Assembly (NCBI RefSeq): GCF_006345805.1
Contig: NC_042999.1
Location: 102,486,001 to 102,550,000, forward strand
Direction: 5' to 3'
Origin: Octopus sinensis
Lineage: Eukaryota
Length of the DNA: 64,000 nt
Shown here: one piece after another, positions 11,620 to 25,267 of the stretch
Layout: every line of letters starts with the position of its first letter
How positions within the stretch are numbered: position 1 is the first letter of the stretch
The notes under the pieces: model-generated
The model's input: the letters and a program-made list of their open reading frames with translations, nothing else
What the model was told of the DNA's origin: nothing
Databases searched by the model: none
Translations under genes and position numbers: made by a program

Positions 11620-12009
11620 TCTCTCTATATATAAAGCTGAAGTTGTCTGTGTTTGGAAGGTTTGGTAGCCTTCAACTAACACTATCTCCTCCGAGACCCT
11701 GCGGCACAAGTTGACCAAAATTGAGAGTATGATAGAAGAAGGCTTGCTCTTCCAGAAGAAAAAATTCAAATCGGACCACGTTAACATAAAAAATTATTTA
11801 CATCAAAAAGGTGCTTTTTTTTTTTTCTATGAAAGTCCTATTTTTTACGATCTTTTGACTGCTGTGTCACCATTTTTCGGTTTATTTCAACCAGAAAAAT
11901 GTTCACTTAAAGAGAATAACAAGCTACATAATGCAAAATTTTTACTTTTCAAAAATTCCAATTCTAAAGGGTCGAAACAAACCCGAGCAACGCCGGGTAG
12001 TTCTGCTAG
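11620..12009 (+). mobile_element. Non-autonomous Helitron, 390 bp
   Basis: A|TC start (TCTCTCTATATATAAAGC), subterminal hairpin ACCCGAGCAACGCCGGGT (11981-11998), CTAG|T end, no TSD. Confidence 0.8.
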
Positions 12010-12183
12010 TTTGTAATAATGCTAAAGTGGAGTTTCGAAATAAGTGTATCACTGTAAATCCGAGGGTGCACCACTGAAAAGTGAGTGGGTAGTGCCGTTC
12101 AGTGCACCCGGTTAGCGACTGGTATGCTAAATAGTAAACATTTGGTACGAAAACTAAACTCTGCTAGCACGTCAGTAATTCAA

Positions 12184-12236
<53 letters not shown>

Positions 12237-12535
12237 ACACACACACACACATACACACACACACAAACACACGCGCACATACACACACGCACGCACATAC
12301 GCACACGGGTCATCACACACAGACACTCACGCACGTGTTTGGTCTTAGGTTATCCTTTGCATTCTCTGATGATTGAACAACATAATTTCTGGTGTGAAGC
12401 TTTGATTGCTGACGGGATACGTGAGTATTTGATTAGAAAGGGTTAGGTATTGCTTATTTGAGTGTATGTGGCTTTCCACACTTCTGATTGTACTGAGTCC
12501 TTTTTGTTTCTCAGTTTCTTCCATCTCTCTCCAAC

Positions 12536-12722
12536 AATAGTAGTAGTAGTAGTGGTGATGGTGATGTTGTTGGTAGTGGTAGTGATGGTGGTGATGGCGG
12601 CGGCGGTGGTGGTGTTGGTGGTGATGATAATAGTAGTAGTCGTGTTGGTGGTAGTAGTAGTAGTGGTGGTGGTGTTGATGGCGGTAGGAGTGGTTATGAT
12701 GATGGTAGTGGTAGTAGTATGG
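12536..12722. repeat. Compound (GTA/GTG/GAT)n trinucleotide tract
   Basis: Visible low-complexity triplets; source of the spurious His- and Val-rich ORFs. Confidence 0.9.
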
Positions 12723-13061
12723 GGGGGATGCGCTATGACAGTGTGTCACTGCGTCCAATATTTGTTGGTGATTCCCTACTCCTGGGATAGATGACATCTT
12801 TGCACCACTCAGGCGACAACCCTCCAACTCATAGGTCTGTTTAGGTAGTTATGGCTGCTGAGGGTTTTACGAGATCGGAGAGCAAAATCCTACCCCAACC
12901 TCTTTTAGTCGCCTTTTACGATACATAGAGGAAACGCTAGGGCTATTCTTTTGTCATGCTGGTTCCCACACAGCAGGAAAAACCAAATGATAAAATAACA
13001 TGAACTCTTATACTTTTGAAGAATTGGCGTTACTCTTCTTCCAAATGGTTTTTAAAAAATT

Positions 13062-13286
13062 TCTTTACTGCCCACAAGGGGCTAAACATAGAGGCGACAA
13101 ACAAGGACAGACAAAGGGATTAAGTCGATTACATCGACCCCGGTACGTAACTGGTACTTAATTTATCGGCCCCGAAAGGATAAAAGGCAAAGTCGACCTC
13201 GGCAGAATTTGAATTCAGAACGCAGCGGCGGACGAAATACGGCTACGCATTTCGTCCGGCGTGCTAACGTTTCTGCCAGCTCGGCC
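13062..13286 (-). mobile_element. SINE family B (GAGCTGGCAGAAACGTTAG head), CpG-rich copy
   Basis: Reverse complement of the 29103 and 36178 copies. B-box-like GAATTCAAATTC. Tail AATAAAGAAAT. Confidence 0.88.
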
Positions 13287-13498
13287 AACAGAAAACCATT
13301 CTTCGAAATGGTTTTCTGTTGGTCTTTGAACATATACAATACATTAGCGAGGTGATGAACATGATGTAGCTGATCGTTGAAGACCCTACAAGAGAAGTAT
13401 AAGTCAGACGCGTATTTCATGCCTATTATTTCTCTGCCAAGATAGTGAAAATGGACATTTCATTAAGTTCCTCTATGGCTATAAGATCCACAGGTATT

Positions 13499-13602
<104 letters not shown>

Positions 13603-14523
13603 GCATAGAAAAGAAGAAGAGAGAGAGAGAGAGGGGGAGAGGGGAGAGGGAGGGAAGAAAAAGTGGATTAATTCCACACAAGCAGAAAACAAGAAAATTG
13701 GTTTTGAAATTGAAAATGCACTTGTGTCTTAAAACGAATTATAATTAATTTTAAAAATATATATCAAAATACCATACCGGTTTCTTTGATTTATACTTGT
13801 TTTTCAATAGTAAATAAAAATAACATAAAAAATATAAAGAAAGTGAAAGCACAAGAGAAAAACATTCACTTAAAGCCAAATGTTTAATAAGTTTGACAGT
13901 TATAAGAAATTATGAAAGTTCAAATGGTCGATATATCTCATAGCTATAATACGTTAGAAATTTGAAAGTTGAATGTTTCATAGCGATAGATCATGTTAGC
14001 TGTTAGACATAAATTTCTTTTTTGTGTATTGGTGGAATCGACAGGATTCCATAAAGTTTCCGTCTTCCCGATTTCATTCGGAAGGCTTGGATAGACCCAG
14101 GGCTATGGTGCAAGACACTTGCCCAAAATTCCACGGGAACTCGTGATTGCAAAGCTAACTTCCTCAACCTTTGGGCATATAGTATTTATCAGTGCATAAA
14201 TTTATGTGTGTGTGTGGGTGTGTGTGCGTGTGCGTACATATATGCATACACACACACCTACATAGATATACATACATACATACGGTTATGCGGATATGCA
14301 CGCTCATACACATATGCCTATGTGCGCACTCTTTTTACTCGTCTACTTACCCACCTATCTGCTTACCTCCCTCCTTTCCTATCTATTTATCTATCTGTCT
14401 GTCTGTCTGTCTCCTTCACACACGGAAACATGCATATATCTATAAATCACGCACATAATACAGCTCTGGATGCATGCTTAGCCTATATCGAAGAAAGTAT
14501 CAATGTATATGTTATTTGTTTAT

Positions 14524-14880
14524 GTGGATGCGCAATGGCCCAGCGGTTAGAGCAGCGGACTCGTGGTCGTAGGATCGCAGTTTCGATTCCCAGACCGGGC
14601 GTTGTGAGTGTTTATTGAACGAAAACACCTAAAGCTATACACCTAAAGCAGGGGGTGGTGGCGAACTCCGCTGTACTCTCTCACCACAACTTTCTCTCAC
14701 TCTTTCTTTCTGTTGTACCTGTGTTTCGAAGGGCCAGCTATGTCACACTCTGTGTCACGCTGAATCACCCCAAGAACTACGTTAAGGGTACACGTGTCTC
14801 TGGAGTGCTTAGCTACGGGCACGTTCCGTCGATTGATTCAACTGGAACCCTCGTCGTCGTAACCGATGAAGTGCCACGAT
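14524..14880 (+). mobile_element. tRNA-headed SINE, family C
   Basis: Head TGGCCCAGCGGTTAGAGCAGCGGACT..GTTTCGATTCCC with A- and B-box-like motifs. Body GTACCTGTGTTTCGAAGGGCCAGC..GAACCCTCGTCGTCGTAACCGA is shared with 25268, 27385 and 47720. Confidence 0.85.
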
Positions 14881-15056
14881 GTGATATAATGATATGGTTA
14901 AGTGTTTTAATACAAAAGGCAATGTCAGTGATGCGTTATGTCAATATTTGTGTGAATTCTTTTGTTCTAATACTTGTACTGTACCCCTGTGTCTGTGTAT
15001 GTGGGTGCGCGCTTATGTGTAAATGTTTTTATTTGTGTCTGATATATTGACTATAC

Positions 15057-15117
15057 CTGTATCTTCAGAAATGCTACGGACGAAGCCAAGCACATCTATA
15101 GTAGTCGGAAACAAAGC
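15057..15117 (-). CDS. Possible further exon of the minus-strand gene (phase 0 to 1)
   Basis: AAACAG| acceptor and CAG|GTATAG donor. Only phase 0 is open (ALFPTTIDVLGFVRSISEDT), matching the end phase of 18465-18559. Splice sites only moderate. Confidence 0.25.
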
Positions 15118-15129
15118 CTGTTTACATTT

Positions 15130-16740
15130 TTAAGCAGGATAGTGTATTAAACATAAACAAGCTTTAGAAGAAAGATTGATATAGAAACACGAACGAGGAA
15201 TATCTGAAGAGAAATGTGTGAGGTGACAATACTAGAAAACAAATGAAAAGAAACATAAGAGAGCGTGAGAACCAAAATATAGGTAGATAGATGGAGAGAC
15301 ACACAGATGAATAGAAAGATATTCAGACAGATTGATAAATAGATAGACATACATATATATACAGATAAATAGATAGATAGATAGATAGATATATAGAGAG
15401 AAACGGATAGAAGTAAGAAAATGGTAGAGGGACATTATACAGAGGGAGAGAAATATATTGAAAAGAGGGACGAAACAAGAGCTAGTGAAAGATATGGAAA
15501 TCGGGATACAGAAACAAGAATTAAAGAGATGATGCAAGGTATAAGGCAGAGAATGAGGGTAGCACAAATACAAAAGAAAGAAATTAAGTGAAATAGTAGA
15601 ATTGAGGGTAGAGAAATGAGACAGAGAGCGAGAGGTAATTTAAAGAAGGGATCCTAAAGAAGAAATAAGAAATGGATATTTTATAAAGTCAAAATATTCT
15701 TTTTCTTGCTTTCTCCAACTGTTAAGCAAAAAGTAATGTGTGTAAGAAGTGATAGAATAAGCGCAATATAGAAGACAAAGAAGTAGAAAAGCTAGAGATA
15801 GAGAAAGAGAGAGAGGAGAGAGGCAGATATAGACAGAGAACGAGAGAGAAAGAAAGGAAGCGAGGATGGAAGAGATGGTAGATGGATACATACATTAGTG
15901 CGAATAGAAATGTTTGGGAAAGGTAGAGAATACGAAGCTGAATGAGTGAGAGAGAAAGAGAGAGTAAACTGAAAGAGAAAAAAAAAAAAAAAGAAGGAAA
16001 GCGTGATGGGGATGAGAGAAAGATAAATGCTAGCGAGGAAGCGAGAAAACACCTCTTAGTTGTCTGTCGCTCAATGAGAACGAGGCAAGAAATGAGGGGA
16101 AAAGAGTTAGACGTTGTGGAGAAGGGCCCTTGAGAACTGCTTAAGTGCGTGTTTGTGTGTAAGGGAGAGGAATTAGAGCGGGAATATTAAGCATGGTGCC
16201 AGAAAAAAATCAGAACAAAAAAACTTAGAAATTAAAAGTATATATATGTGTGTGTGTGTTGAGAAAGAGAGTGAGACCGTGAAAAAGAGGAGATCATTGA
16301 TACTTATGAGAAAACGAGGAAAAGGTAAATAAAATATTGCGTGCACGTATGTGAGAAGGAAAGAGAAAGGGTGTATGTGTGAGTGAGAGTAAGACGGCGG
16401 AAGAAATAAAGAGGAGTTGAATACACAAGCAGCGGTCGGTTTCATATGTGAGAGAGAGAGAGAGAATGTAAGGCATAGGAAGCTCGGAGTGAGAAATAAA
16501 ACGAGAGGGGTGAAGTTGAAGTAAGAGAGAGAGAGAGAGGGGGGAGAGAGAAAGAGAGATAGAGATCGAAAGTGAGTGTGAGAGAGAGAGAGGAGAGAGA
16601 GAGAGGTTGTTAAGGTAAGTGAATGAGTGAGAGTATGCGGTAGAAGCAAGCCAAAAGAAAATCACATCTCGAACGGCAAGTTGAGAAAAAGAGAGCCAAG
16701 CTTGGATGGTTGTATGTTGATGGCTTAGTCTCACCAAAAT
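15130..16740 (+). repeat. About 1.6-kb purine-rich (GA/GATA/AAAG) low-complexity tract
   Basis: Strong A/G bias on the plus strand with degenerate GAGA and AGAT units. Confidence 0.85.
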
Positions 16741-16965
16741 TCGTCACAATGGGTAAGTTAAATAAATATTATTAATAATTATTATTTTTATTTGCAATAT
16801 CAACATCATCGACATCTTTATATTGCATAATCGCGGGGTTTATCTTTGAGGTTATTGATGTTCCTTAGTAGTAACTGCTAGCACTGCTGTTGATGAACGA
16901 TGTTATTATTTAGTCATCGAGTTTTGTTATTGACGATTTTGTGGACCTCGTGTTTCTGTGCTCAG

Positions 16966-17031
16966 ATCCCGTTCGGTATCGACTTGACCATAACATCCGT
17001 CCACAGTTCGATAAAACAAGAAGTACCAGTG
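16966..17031 (+). other. Candidate 66-nt plus-strand exon
   Basis: GTGTTTCTGTGCTCAG| acceptor and GTG|GTATGT donor. Two frames are open (DPVRYRLDHNIRPQFDKTRSTS or IPFGIDLTITSVHSSIKQEVPV). No convincing partner exons. Confidence 0.25.
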
Positions 17032-18114
17032 GTATGTTCATGTCGATTCGATCATCTGAAGGAAATTGCTCTACATTTCGTCAAATGAAATAATTTCTGT
17101 TCATATTTTATAGAAATGGTGTTATTCGGTCGTTCGTGAAAGATGGGGGAAAATATTTGTAGGTAGCCAAAACTATCTGGAAAGATGAGCCGGGCAGACA
17201 AAACTGTTTGGGAAGATGTGACGAGTAGAACGGTTTTGGAAGGTGTAGTAGGCAGATAAAATTGAAGCTGTTATTGCTGTTTACCCCCTAGTAAACCCCG
17301 ATCAAACAAACCAATAATCTATGTTAATCCAGTGATGATCATTCCGTGTTTTGCAAATTATATTAGGATTACCTTAACATATCCTTTAAGTCCCCTTCGT
17401 TGACTCGTTCGTAAGAGAACTGTTTGGGAATGCGGTGTGTAGACAAACCAGCGGACGAAGATGTACTATATAGACTAAAAAGTCTGTAAGTGGACAAAGC
17501 TGTACAGAGAGGTGTAATGGGTTGACGATATGGCCTGACAGAGTTATTTACGGGTACTCTGCTTCCATCGAACCAAGTTAATTATGGTTGGGATGAAGAA
17601 GAGATAGATAGATAGGTATGGAGGGAGGGGGAGAGAGAGGATTCTATTTTAAAAACATGACAAAAGATCTTAAGTTTAGCAGCGTACGATGAGTCAATCG
17701 CCTCCAACTAATTCTTTCTCGCTTTTCTTCCCACTTTCCAAGAGTTTATTTGCGTTTGTTTACCTTGATAATGTAATAACTTGATTCTCACTCTATGAAT
17801 TACTTCATAGTTTAATACTTTTAAACTGTTCTGTTACCTTGTTTTATTTTCTCTCTTTTCCGTTTTGTGATTCTCTTGCCGTTCTTGTCGCTTGGTGGTG
17901 ACACGTTTTGGCGCAAGTACACCAGGACCGAGTACAACAATTAACAGATGTTCTACCCTATCCATGTTTTATTTCCATTAAATTGAGGTGTTATCCTGTA
18001 TCATGTGTAATTGGGCGTAATTATTTTGATTGCATAATCATATCTTGATTCCAAGAAGGCCCTCGAAGGTCGTAAACACTGCACTTCTTTGACTTAAAAA
18101 AATGTGAAGGTCTA

Positions 18115-18400
18115 TGCATACTCATGTGCTTGTGCATGTTTGTACGTATGCATGCATGCATGTATATATGTATCTATGCATGCATGTATATATGTATGTA
18201 TGTATGTATGCATGCATGCATGTATATATGTATCTATGCATGCATGTATATATGTATGTATGTATGCATGCATGCATGTATATATGTATCTATGCATGCA
18301 TGTATATATGTATGTATGTATGCATGCATGCATGTATATATGTATGTCTGTATGTATGTATGTATGTCTGTATGTATGTATGTCTGTATGCATGTGCACA
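18115..18400. repeat. Higher-order (TGCA/TGTA) compound microsatellite
   Basis: Repeated blocks of CATGCATGTATATATGTATCTATG. Confidence 0.9.
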
Positions 18401-18464
18401 TATCGTTCTCATGGGCACCTTGTCACTTTAACGCTAGACTTGTTACCATGAATTAATTGCTTAC

Positions 18465-18559
18465 CCACGAGAGGATACTCATGATTTCTTGTCGGGATAT
18501 CAGGCTTGCTTTTAATCTTTCTCTTCCACCTCGCATCTTATTCTGAATAACCTCAACTT
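18465..18559 (-). CDS. Candidate coding exon (95 nt, phase 1 to 0) of an unidentified gene
   Basis: TTTTTCTTTTAAATAATAG| acceptor and TGG|GTAAGC donor. Only one frame is open: (E)VEVIQNKMRGGRERLKASLISRQEIMSILSW. Confidence 0.5.
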
Positions 18560-19595
18560 CTATTATTTAAAAGAAAAATGTGCATCGTGGACTGACAGAA
18601 TTGGTAGGGCGTGGGACAGAATATATTGCAATATTTAGTTACCTTATTTTGCATTCTAAGTGCTAACCCTATTTTACATTCTAAGTTCCAATCCTGCCGC
18701 ATTCAATTTCACCCTTTTTTCAGGGGCAATATTATAGGCACCAATCAAATATCATAGTCGATGTGACCTTGTACTTAAGTTAAAATAATTTGTTAACGCT
18801 CCGAACGGGGGAGTCTCAACAGGGTTATACAATATGCTAGAAATAGCTGCCAAATCTTCATCAAATCATACCCTACTTTTTTCTTTTTATTAAAGAAAGG
18901 ACGCTTTAGATTTTATAGTCCAAGACACTAAATTCCTGGAATAACAAAAGAAAAAGAAAAATCAAGAATTTTGTGTATGTTAGATCTACTTGATCATACT
19001 AAACCATAAAATATTTAATGTAATAATTAGAAGAGTGTCAGTTGCCCTTCTTGTTTGGGCTCAAATCTCGCGAGGATAGAATAATACACTTTGCATTTCT
19101 CCAGAGTTGATAAGATTTTAATAATATATTATTGTCAATTCGTCTATCGTCGATTATAATTATTACAGCACCAAAAATTTGGTTAAATTTCTTGTGAAAA
19201 AGATTAAAAAAATAGTAACTAAATGAAACCGATGTTAGGAAGGGAACACAGTATTAACACTGATAGATAAAAAGAATTAATATAAGTAAATAAATAAGGC
19301 ATTCTTTAATCGCATGCTTTGAAAGGAAACCTAAACAGCACAGCAACACACAACCAATCGCTAAATAAAGTCAGTATGTCACTAGACTAACCGCTGACCC
19401 ATGGTATACGACCTCTTCAATCAAGATCCTGGCAACCAAGCAGTCCAGCTTACGGCCCACACTAAAGGATAACAAATGTATTATAGAGCATCCAAGATGC
19501 GAATAGAGCCATAACAGAAGACAAAAATATTCTCGTGACAGGCTGGTTGCGGGTGAAAAATGAATATATAGCTTATAAACTGTGCGCGTGCCTAT

Positions 19596-19643
<48 letters not shown>

Positions 19644-20431
19644 AGTTGTCGATAAATATGTAAATTCGTCGGTGTATTTGAATATATGCATATGTGAAGC
19701 ATGTATATCTGAACACGCATACACCCATACTCTCTCTCCTTTGCTCTTTCTTTCTCTCTCTCACACACATTCACAGACTGGTACAATATTGAGTTAAAAC
19801 AATACAGATGTACAGCAGAATAAAATGTAGTTACTTCAATATGCTCCGGAACGACAATGGTTTTAGTCTACGCCAACGGGGAGACCCCACATGGTTGTTA
19901 AACTTGCTAGAAATAACAGCCAGATGTTTCCTTCTCAAACTACACTGCTGACTTAGCAAAGAAAGAATATGTTGGATGATGTTGTCCTGCGTGCTTCCGA
20001 AAGGACGGGATGGTCATGGCTGGAATATCCTTGATCATACATCTGTTCGTTCAGGGAGGGACAGCAAAAGAAGAATACCTGAAGAATTATATCGTATTAA
20101 TTATGTGTTTTCATATTAAGAAACAGTGACACGGTGTGTTACTGTATGTTGTGGTTTGCCCAGATTTACATCAGCCCTAAACAAGCAGAACTTTGATCAA
20201 AGACATGACCACTCCTTGTTTTAGAGTATTTAGGACAACATTATCGATTTTTTAAAAGATGGTAGGTATGATTTGAGGCAGAGTTGACTTATTTCTAGCA
20301 GACTGTGCGACTACGTAGAAACTCCAAACGGCTCAGTTTTACTTAAATTTCAAATGCTATGGTTTCGACTTTTTGATTGAAAAATAAATTACAAGTGCAG
20401 ATGGATATATATATATATATATATATTATAA

Positions 20432-20567
20432 AGCGTAGCTGGGGGGGGGGTCGATCCGCCCCGGGCGGCACTTTTGGGCCTGCTTTAGGCAATATGTTTT
20501 TTGTGGGGTCCGGGGGCGGCAAACAGAAGGGCCGCCCCGGCCGTCACACACTCTAGCTACGCTAGTG
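20432..20567. mobile_element. Small GC-rich MITE-like element
   Basis: Terminal inverted AGCGTAGCT...AGCTACGCT and internal GCCGCCCC/GGGGCGGC motifs in an AT-rich context. Confidence 0.5.
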
Positions 20568-20973
20568 TATGCACTTATATTTTTATTCTTGGTCGTCAGT
20601 GGAGTTGAAAACATTGAGAAAACTTAGTGACTTAAATGATACGAAACATTAAAATAATGTTTCTCTAAAATTTGAAATAGTATTCTGCATGCAAAAAACC
20701 ATAATTCATACTTATATACCTTGTCAAAATTTTAATAGAAAACATTGTGAGAAAGCGTAACAGTAGGACATTAACTTTCACTACTCACATTGTATAATTA
20801 TTATTCAATATATATTCCTTTCAATATTTTGCTCGGATATTCTGCAATACCCAAATCAATTATGTTTAACTCGGTTTTGTATGATCAAAAATATTCAAGG
20901 CGTATGCATCCCGAATCACGATGGAAATACTGTACACAAACACACGCCCCTATATGTGTGTGTGTATATATAT

Positions 20974-21016
<43 letters not shown>

Positions 21017-21029
21017 GCATATATGTGTA

Positions 21030-21240
21030 CAGAACGTCACCAACGGTGCAAATAACAAGAAATACGTAAACAAGCGAGGGAAAACGAGGGAAATACGGAA
21101 ACATCAAGAAAAAAATGGAAAACAGGACAAGTTAACACAGGGAAGGGACCCTTCATCAGTTGTTCGCTGTCTATCTACTCTTCATTTCGAGCATTCAGTA
21201 TGAGTCTTCAAAGACAGTTGCTCCCATAAATTCTAAAATA
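21030..21240 (-). mobile_element. Penelope-like terminal remnant
   Basis: Follows (TA)n. Minus strand has ACAACTGATGAAGGG and CTCGAAATG. Resembles the 50970-51330 copy. Confidence 0.45.
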
Positions 21241-21314
21241 AAATTTTGGATTTATGGAGGGTCAAAGTTGGGAAAAGAAAACGACAGTGGAGACATACAA
21301 GGGCAAAGAAACCG

Positions 21315-21370
<56 letters not shown>

Positions 21371-22242
21371 CCGTTGGTACTTTTCTGACTTTGACAGTCA
21401 GGAACCTGTAATGCACTGGTACTTGTATCATTCAAGTAAATTTAACATTTAAGTTAGTGCGTTGACCAAGGCGACTATACCTGGTTCGGAAAAATCCGTA
21501 ATCCCAAAAGACCGGGGAACCAAGGTTCCGGAAAATCGATTTTGTACTTGTATATATATGTATATATATATGTATATATATATATATATAAGAGAGTAAA
21601 TATGAAGATTAACGTAGTGCGTAATTGAAGGGCGATTTGGCTACTAATTCTCGTTGGCTGAGTGTTTTTCGTAGAGGTCCCTCCTTCATACGACCGTATA
21701 TGTTTGCTGGGGTGTATAGGTCTATATGCATATATACATACATTTATCATTACAACTTGGTACTGCGTGACTAGAAGTTCCTCACGAGAATTCCATTGAT
21801 TAGAAGCCTAGTCAATTACATGCCAAAAGTTGGGATTGGATTAGAGTTGACTAAGATATGAACTACCAAATGCCACCTGTATATACCGATACGATGTATG
21901 TATGTATGTATGTATGTATGTATGTATTCATTCATTCATTCATTCATCCGTTCAAAAGGAAAAGATCCCAAATATCTTCCTTGCACCATATATTGTGTTA
22001 CATCGTTTTTTGACATTACAGTATTGAGTACACTGTGTCATTGAGAAATATATAGACATTTCTTCGTATGTATATGAATACACGTGTGTACGCGCGTATA
22101 TAAATATATATATTTATATATATATACATATACATATAAAAATAAACTTACTTGGAAATGGATGCGTGACATTCAATCAAATAAATATATAATATAAAAC
22201 TTAGATATGTTTCGACCAAAGATTGGTCCAGGCCATATAAAT

Positions 22243-22332
<90 letters not shown>

Positions 22333-22435
22333 ATTATATTTATATTCAACTGTATACTGAGTATAGTTGCATCCAGGTTTTCAGCTGAAAAGAGAACCGT
22401 CTGCATTTTAGATAAAACGATGTTTGGGACTTTTC

Positions 22436-22522
<87 letters not shown>

Positions 22523-22843
22523 GCACGCACATGCACGCACACATAGATGCACGTACACGCCACAGATAAACAATGACATCGATGCAACTACATGTGCACG
22601 GCGAATTCGTTGAATGGTCTTCTGTTGTTTATCGCGTGAAGAATAATTTTGACGACCTGTGAGATTGAATGTCATTGCAGTTTGCTGTTGGTGTTCTGCG
22701 AATAAGAGACAGCCCACACATTCAATGCATTTCCGTATGTATATTAATGCACGTAAATATTTTCATATACATTGTATATGTACCAACATCTACGTATACA
22801 TACACACAGACACAAGCACAAAGATGTAAAAGAAAACCGTTCA

Positions 22844-22880
<37 letters not shown>

Positions 22881-23080
22881 CACACACACACATATATATA
22901 TATGTATGTATGTATGTATATATATATATATATATATAATATATATGTATGTATATATATATATAATATATAATATATATGTATGTATGTATATATATAT
23001 ATATATAATATATAATATATATGTATGTATGTATATATATATATATAATAATATATAATATATATATGTATGTATGTATG

Positions 23081-23112
<32 letters not shown>

Positions 23113-23147
23113 GTATGTATGTATGTATGTATATATATGTCTGTGTT

Positions 23148-23198
<51 letters not shown>

Positions 23199-23369
23199 GT
23201 AAGTATGCATGTATGTATATGTGTAATACCTATACAGACACACGATCACAACAAATATACTACTTGTGATTGCTTATGGATTTGTGTGAATTCAATTTAT
23301 CATACCTATGCCAAATTTTATCGTTGTAATTAGTGGTATCTTCGCATGTTCTTATATGTGTTTGCTATA

Positions 23370-23790
23370 TAGTCTCAAATTATATAAACCTTAATAGCAA
23401 CGCCTTTGCTTCTATGTTATATTTAGGTTTTACGACTGGATCTTTAGCATTGATTTCGACCAACGACTCTTCCAGTGGTTATATCGACGGAACTACCTAT
23501 TCATTATAATAAGTGGTGTTTCTATTCTGCCGACACGCCGTACCCTTTCTTGTAATCTCTTTTGGTAGATCAGGATCAGACCATAGTTTGTGGAAAGCGT
23601 GGACTCTCGAGATTGTTTCCGTCTAACGAATTTTATTCACAAGTGTTTGTTGGGTCGTCTCGAGTCTTATGATATAGGTTTTATGCACCTTGTCTATGTT
23701 TCCTGGAAGTGATCCGGCCTGAAGTAGCGATGTCGTTTTGCTTATAGTCTCTACACAGTCACCCTCGTCCATAAAAAGATAAAATAAAAT
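23370..23790 (-). mobile_element. Decayed RTE-clade LINE fragment (post-RT region)
   Basis: Minus translation ISRVHAFHKLWSDPDLPKEITRK..C and RWSKSMLKI resembles the RTE pattern AF.KL..IW...I...K...C....ERSML.I. Confidence 0.5.
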
Positions 23791-24908
23791 CGAAAATTTA
23801 TTGCTATCTGCATTAACTTCTCCCGTTCTAATCTGGTTTGGTTTAAGGAAGTCGACCCAATGTGTTCTCTCCTTCTCAAACTAATCTGTTTGTATGTGCA
23901 GGGCGTGTGTGGTGTGTATGTGTGTAAGGCGTGTATGTGTTTGTTGTGTATGTGAGGTGTGTGGTGCGTGCATGCGTGTGTGTGTGCGCGCGTGCGTGCA
24001 TGCCTGCGTGTGTGCGTGTATATTGAAGAAGTGGCGGGGACAAGTACTGACTGAACTTATTTCCATTAGTGGCGAGAAAAATTATGAACGGTTACATACG
24101 TACACTCTATGGTTTAACTGTGACCCAAGTCAACACCGACTAAAAGGCTTCACGACGAATAAATAAATAAATAAACAAACAACATTTCACACTACAACAC
24201 TTGCGCAAAATCAATTTTTACTCCTTTCTACTTTCACTTTCTCTCTGTCTCTTTAATTCTATGCCTGTTTCCCTACATCACTGGCTCCAAAAACACACAA
24301 CCTTGGACTTTTAATTAATTGTTTATATAATTATGAAGGGGAGACTGCAGGCGCATAGCATAAGCGCGGGGGCGGAGACAAAGTGGTAGAGGAAAGCAAG
24401 AGACCATCATTATTTAATTATAATTTAAATACTTCAGCTACTAAATTATATCACCAGATATTATTGTACATAGGTACTCATGCACGCACACATACTACAT
24501 ATATTACGATCGTTACTCCTAGTTTCTCGCCACCGGACTTACACGCCACCGGACTTACATAACCGTTTGAAGATGAGCAACGAGGAACTCCGAGTAACGA
24601 TGAGTGGAAATTCAGCTTTCAGTAAATTATTTCGCTACTTTTAGTATCGAGTACTCTTTTTATATTCACATGTGTATACACACTCATTCACACTCACACA
24701 CACACACACACACACACAAACACTCACACACACACAGGCACACAAACGCGTGCATGCACCCATATCACACATGTGTGTAGCATTCTCTTGTTTATCTTTG
24801 CACATATATTACATCATATTTGTTTACTTTATATAGTCTGTTAAGAATGTATAGACAGGCGTTTATACATACATACATACATACATACATACCTGCATAC
24901 ATACATAC

Positions 24909-24937
<29 letters not shown>

Positions 24938-24939
<2 letters not shown>

Positions 24940-25128
24940 ACGGGAAAGTTTACGAAAATAAACAAAAGACGAAGGCAGGTGGAGTACAAACAAACAAATG
25001 TATTAGTATAGCACTCAGGAATAGAAATAGAAAAAGTCTTACGTTTCGAGCCTACGCTCTTCGACAGAAAGATACACAGAAAAAAACAAGGAGAGAAAAA
25101 AATGCGTGTAGGAGCTAACGATCTATCA

Positions 25129-25130
<2 letters not shown>
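24938..25130 (-). mobile_element. Penelope-like terminal remnant
   Basis: Minus strand CTGTCGAAGAGCGTAGGCTCGAAACGTAAGAC (stem GAGC/GCTC followed by GAAACGT). A decayed copy lies at about 61580. Confidence 0.5.
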
Positions 25131-25168
<38 letters not shown>

Positions 25169-25267
25169 ATACATACACACACTCAGACACACATGTACAC
25201 ATCTGTATATAATGTATCTATCCATATATATGTACACTCACACAAATATAAATCGTGAGGTGTGTTT

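Noticed and set aside
14524-14600. tRNA gene-like sequence (also heads at 31330, 38672, 53045)
   Set aside because: These are SINE heads: no complete cloverleaf or acceptor stem, and they run into SINE bodies.
19454-19461. 8-nt micro-exon that, with the alternative 37523 donor, gives SYELQESVGQVEVI..RGG, reminiscent of a Calx-beta start
   Set aside because: Needs three chosen sites, and the downstream sequence lacks the Calx-beta Y.T.DGTA motif. Over-fitted.
23425-23560. Protein-like plus-strand frame FYDWIFSIDFDQRLFQWLYRR after a good acceptor
   Set aside because: The opposite strand is a decayed RTE ORF, and there is no good donor.
25036-25066. Active hammerhead
   Set aside because: The core reads CUGUCGAA (A6 lost, extra base) and helix I is poor.
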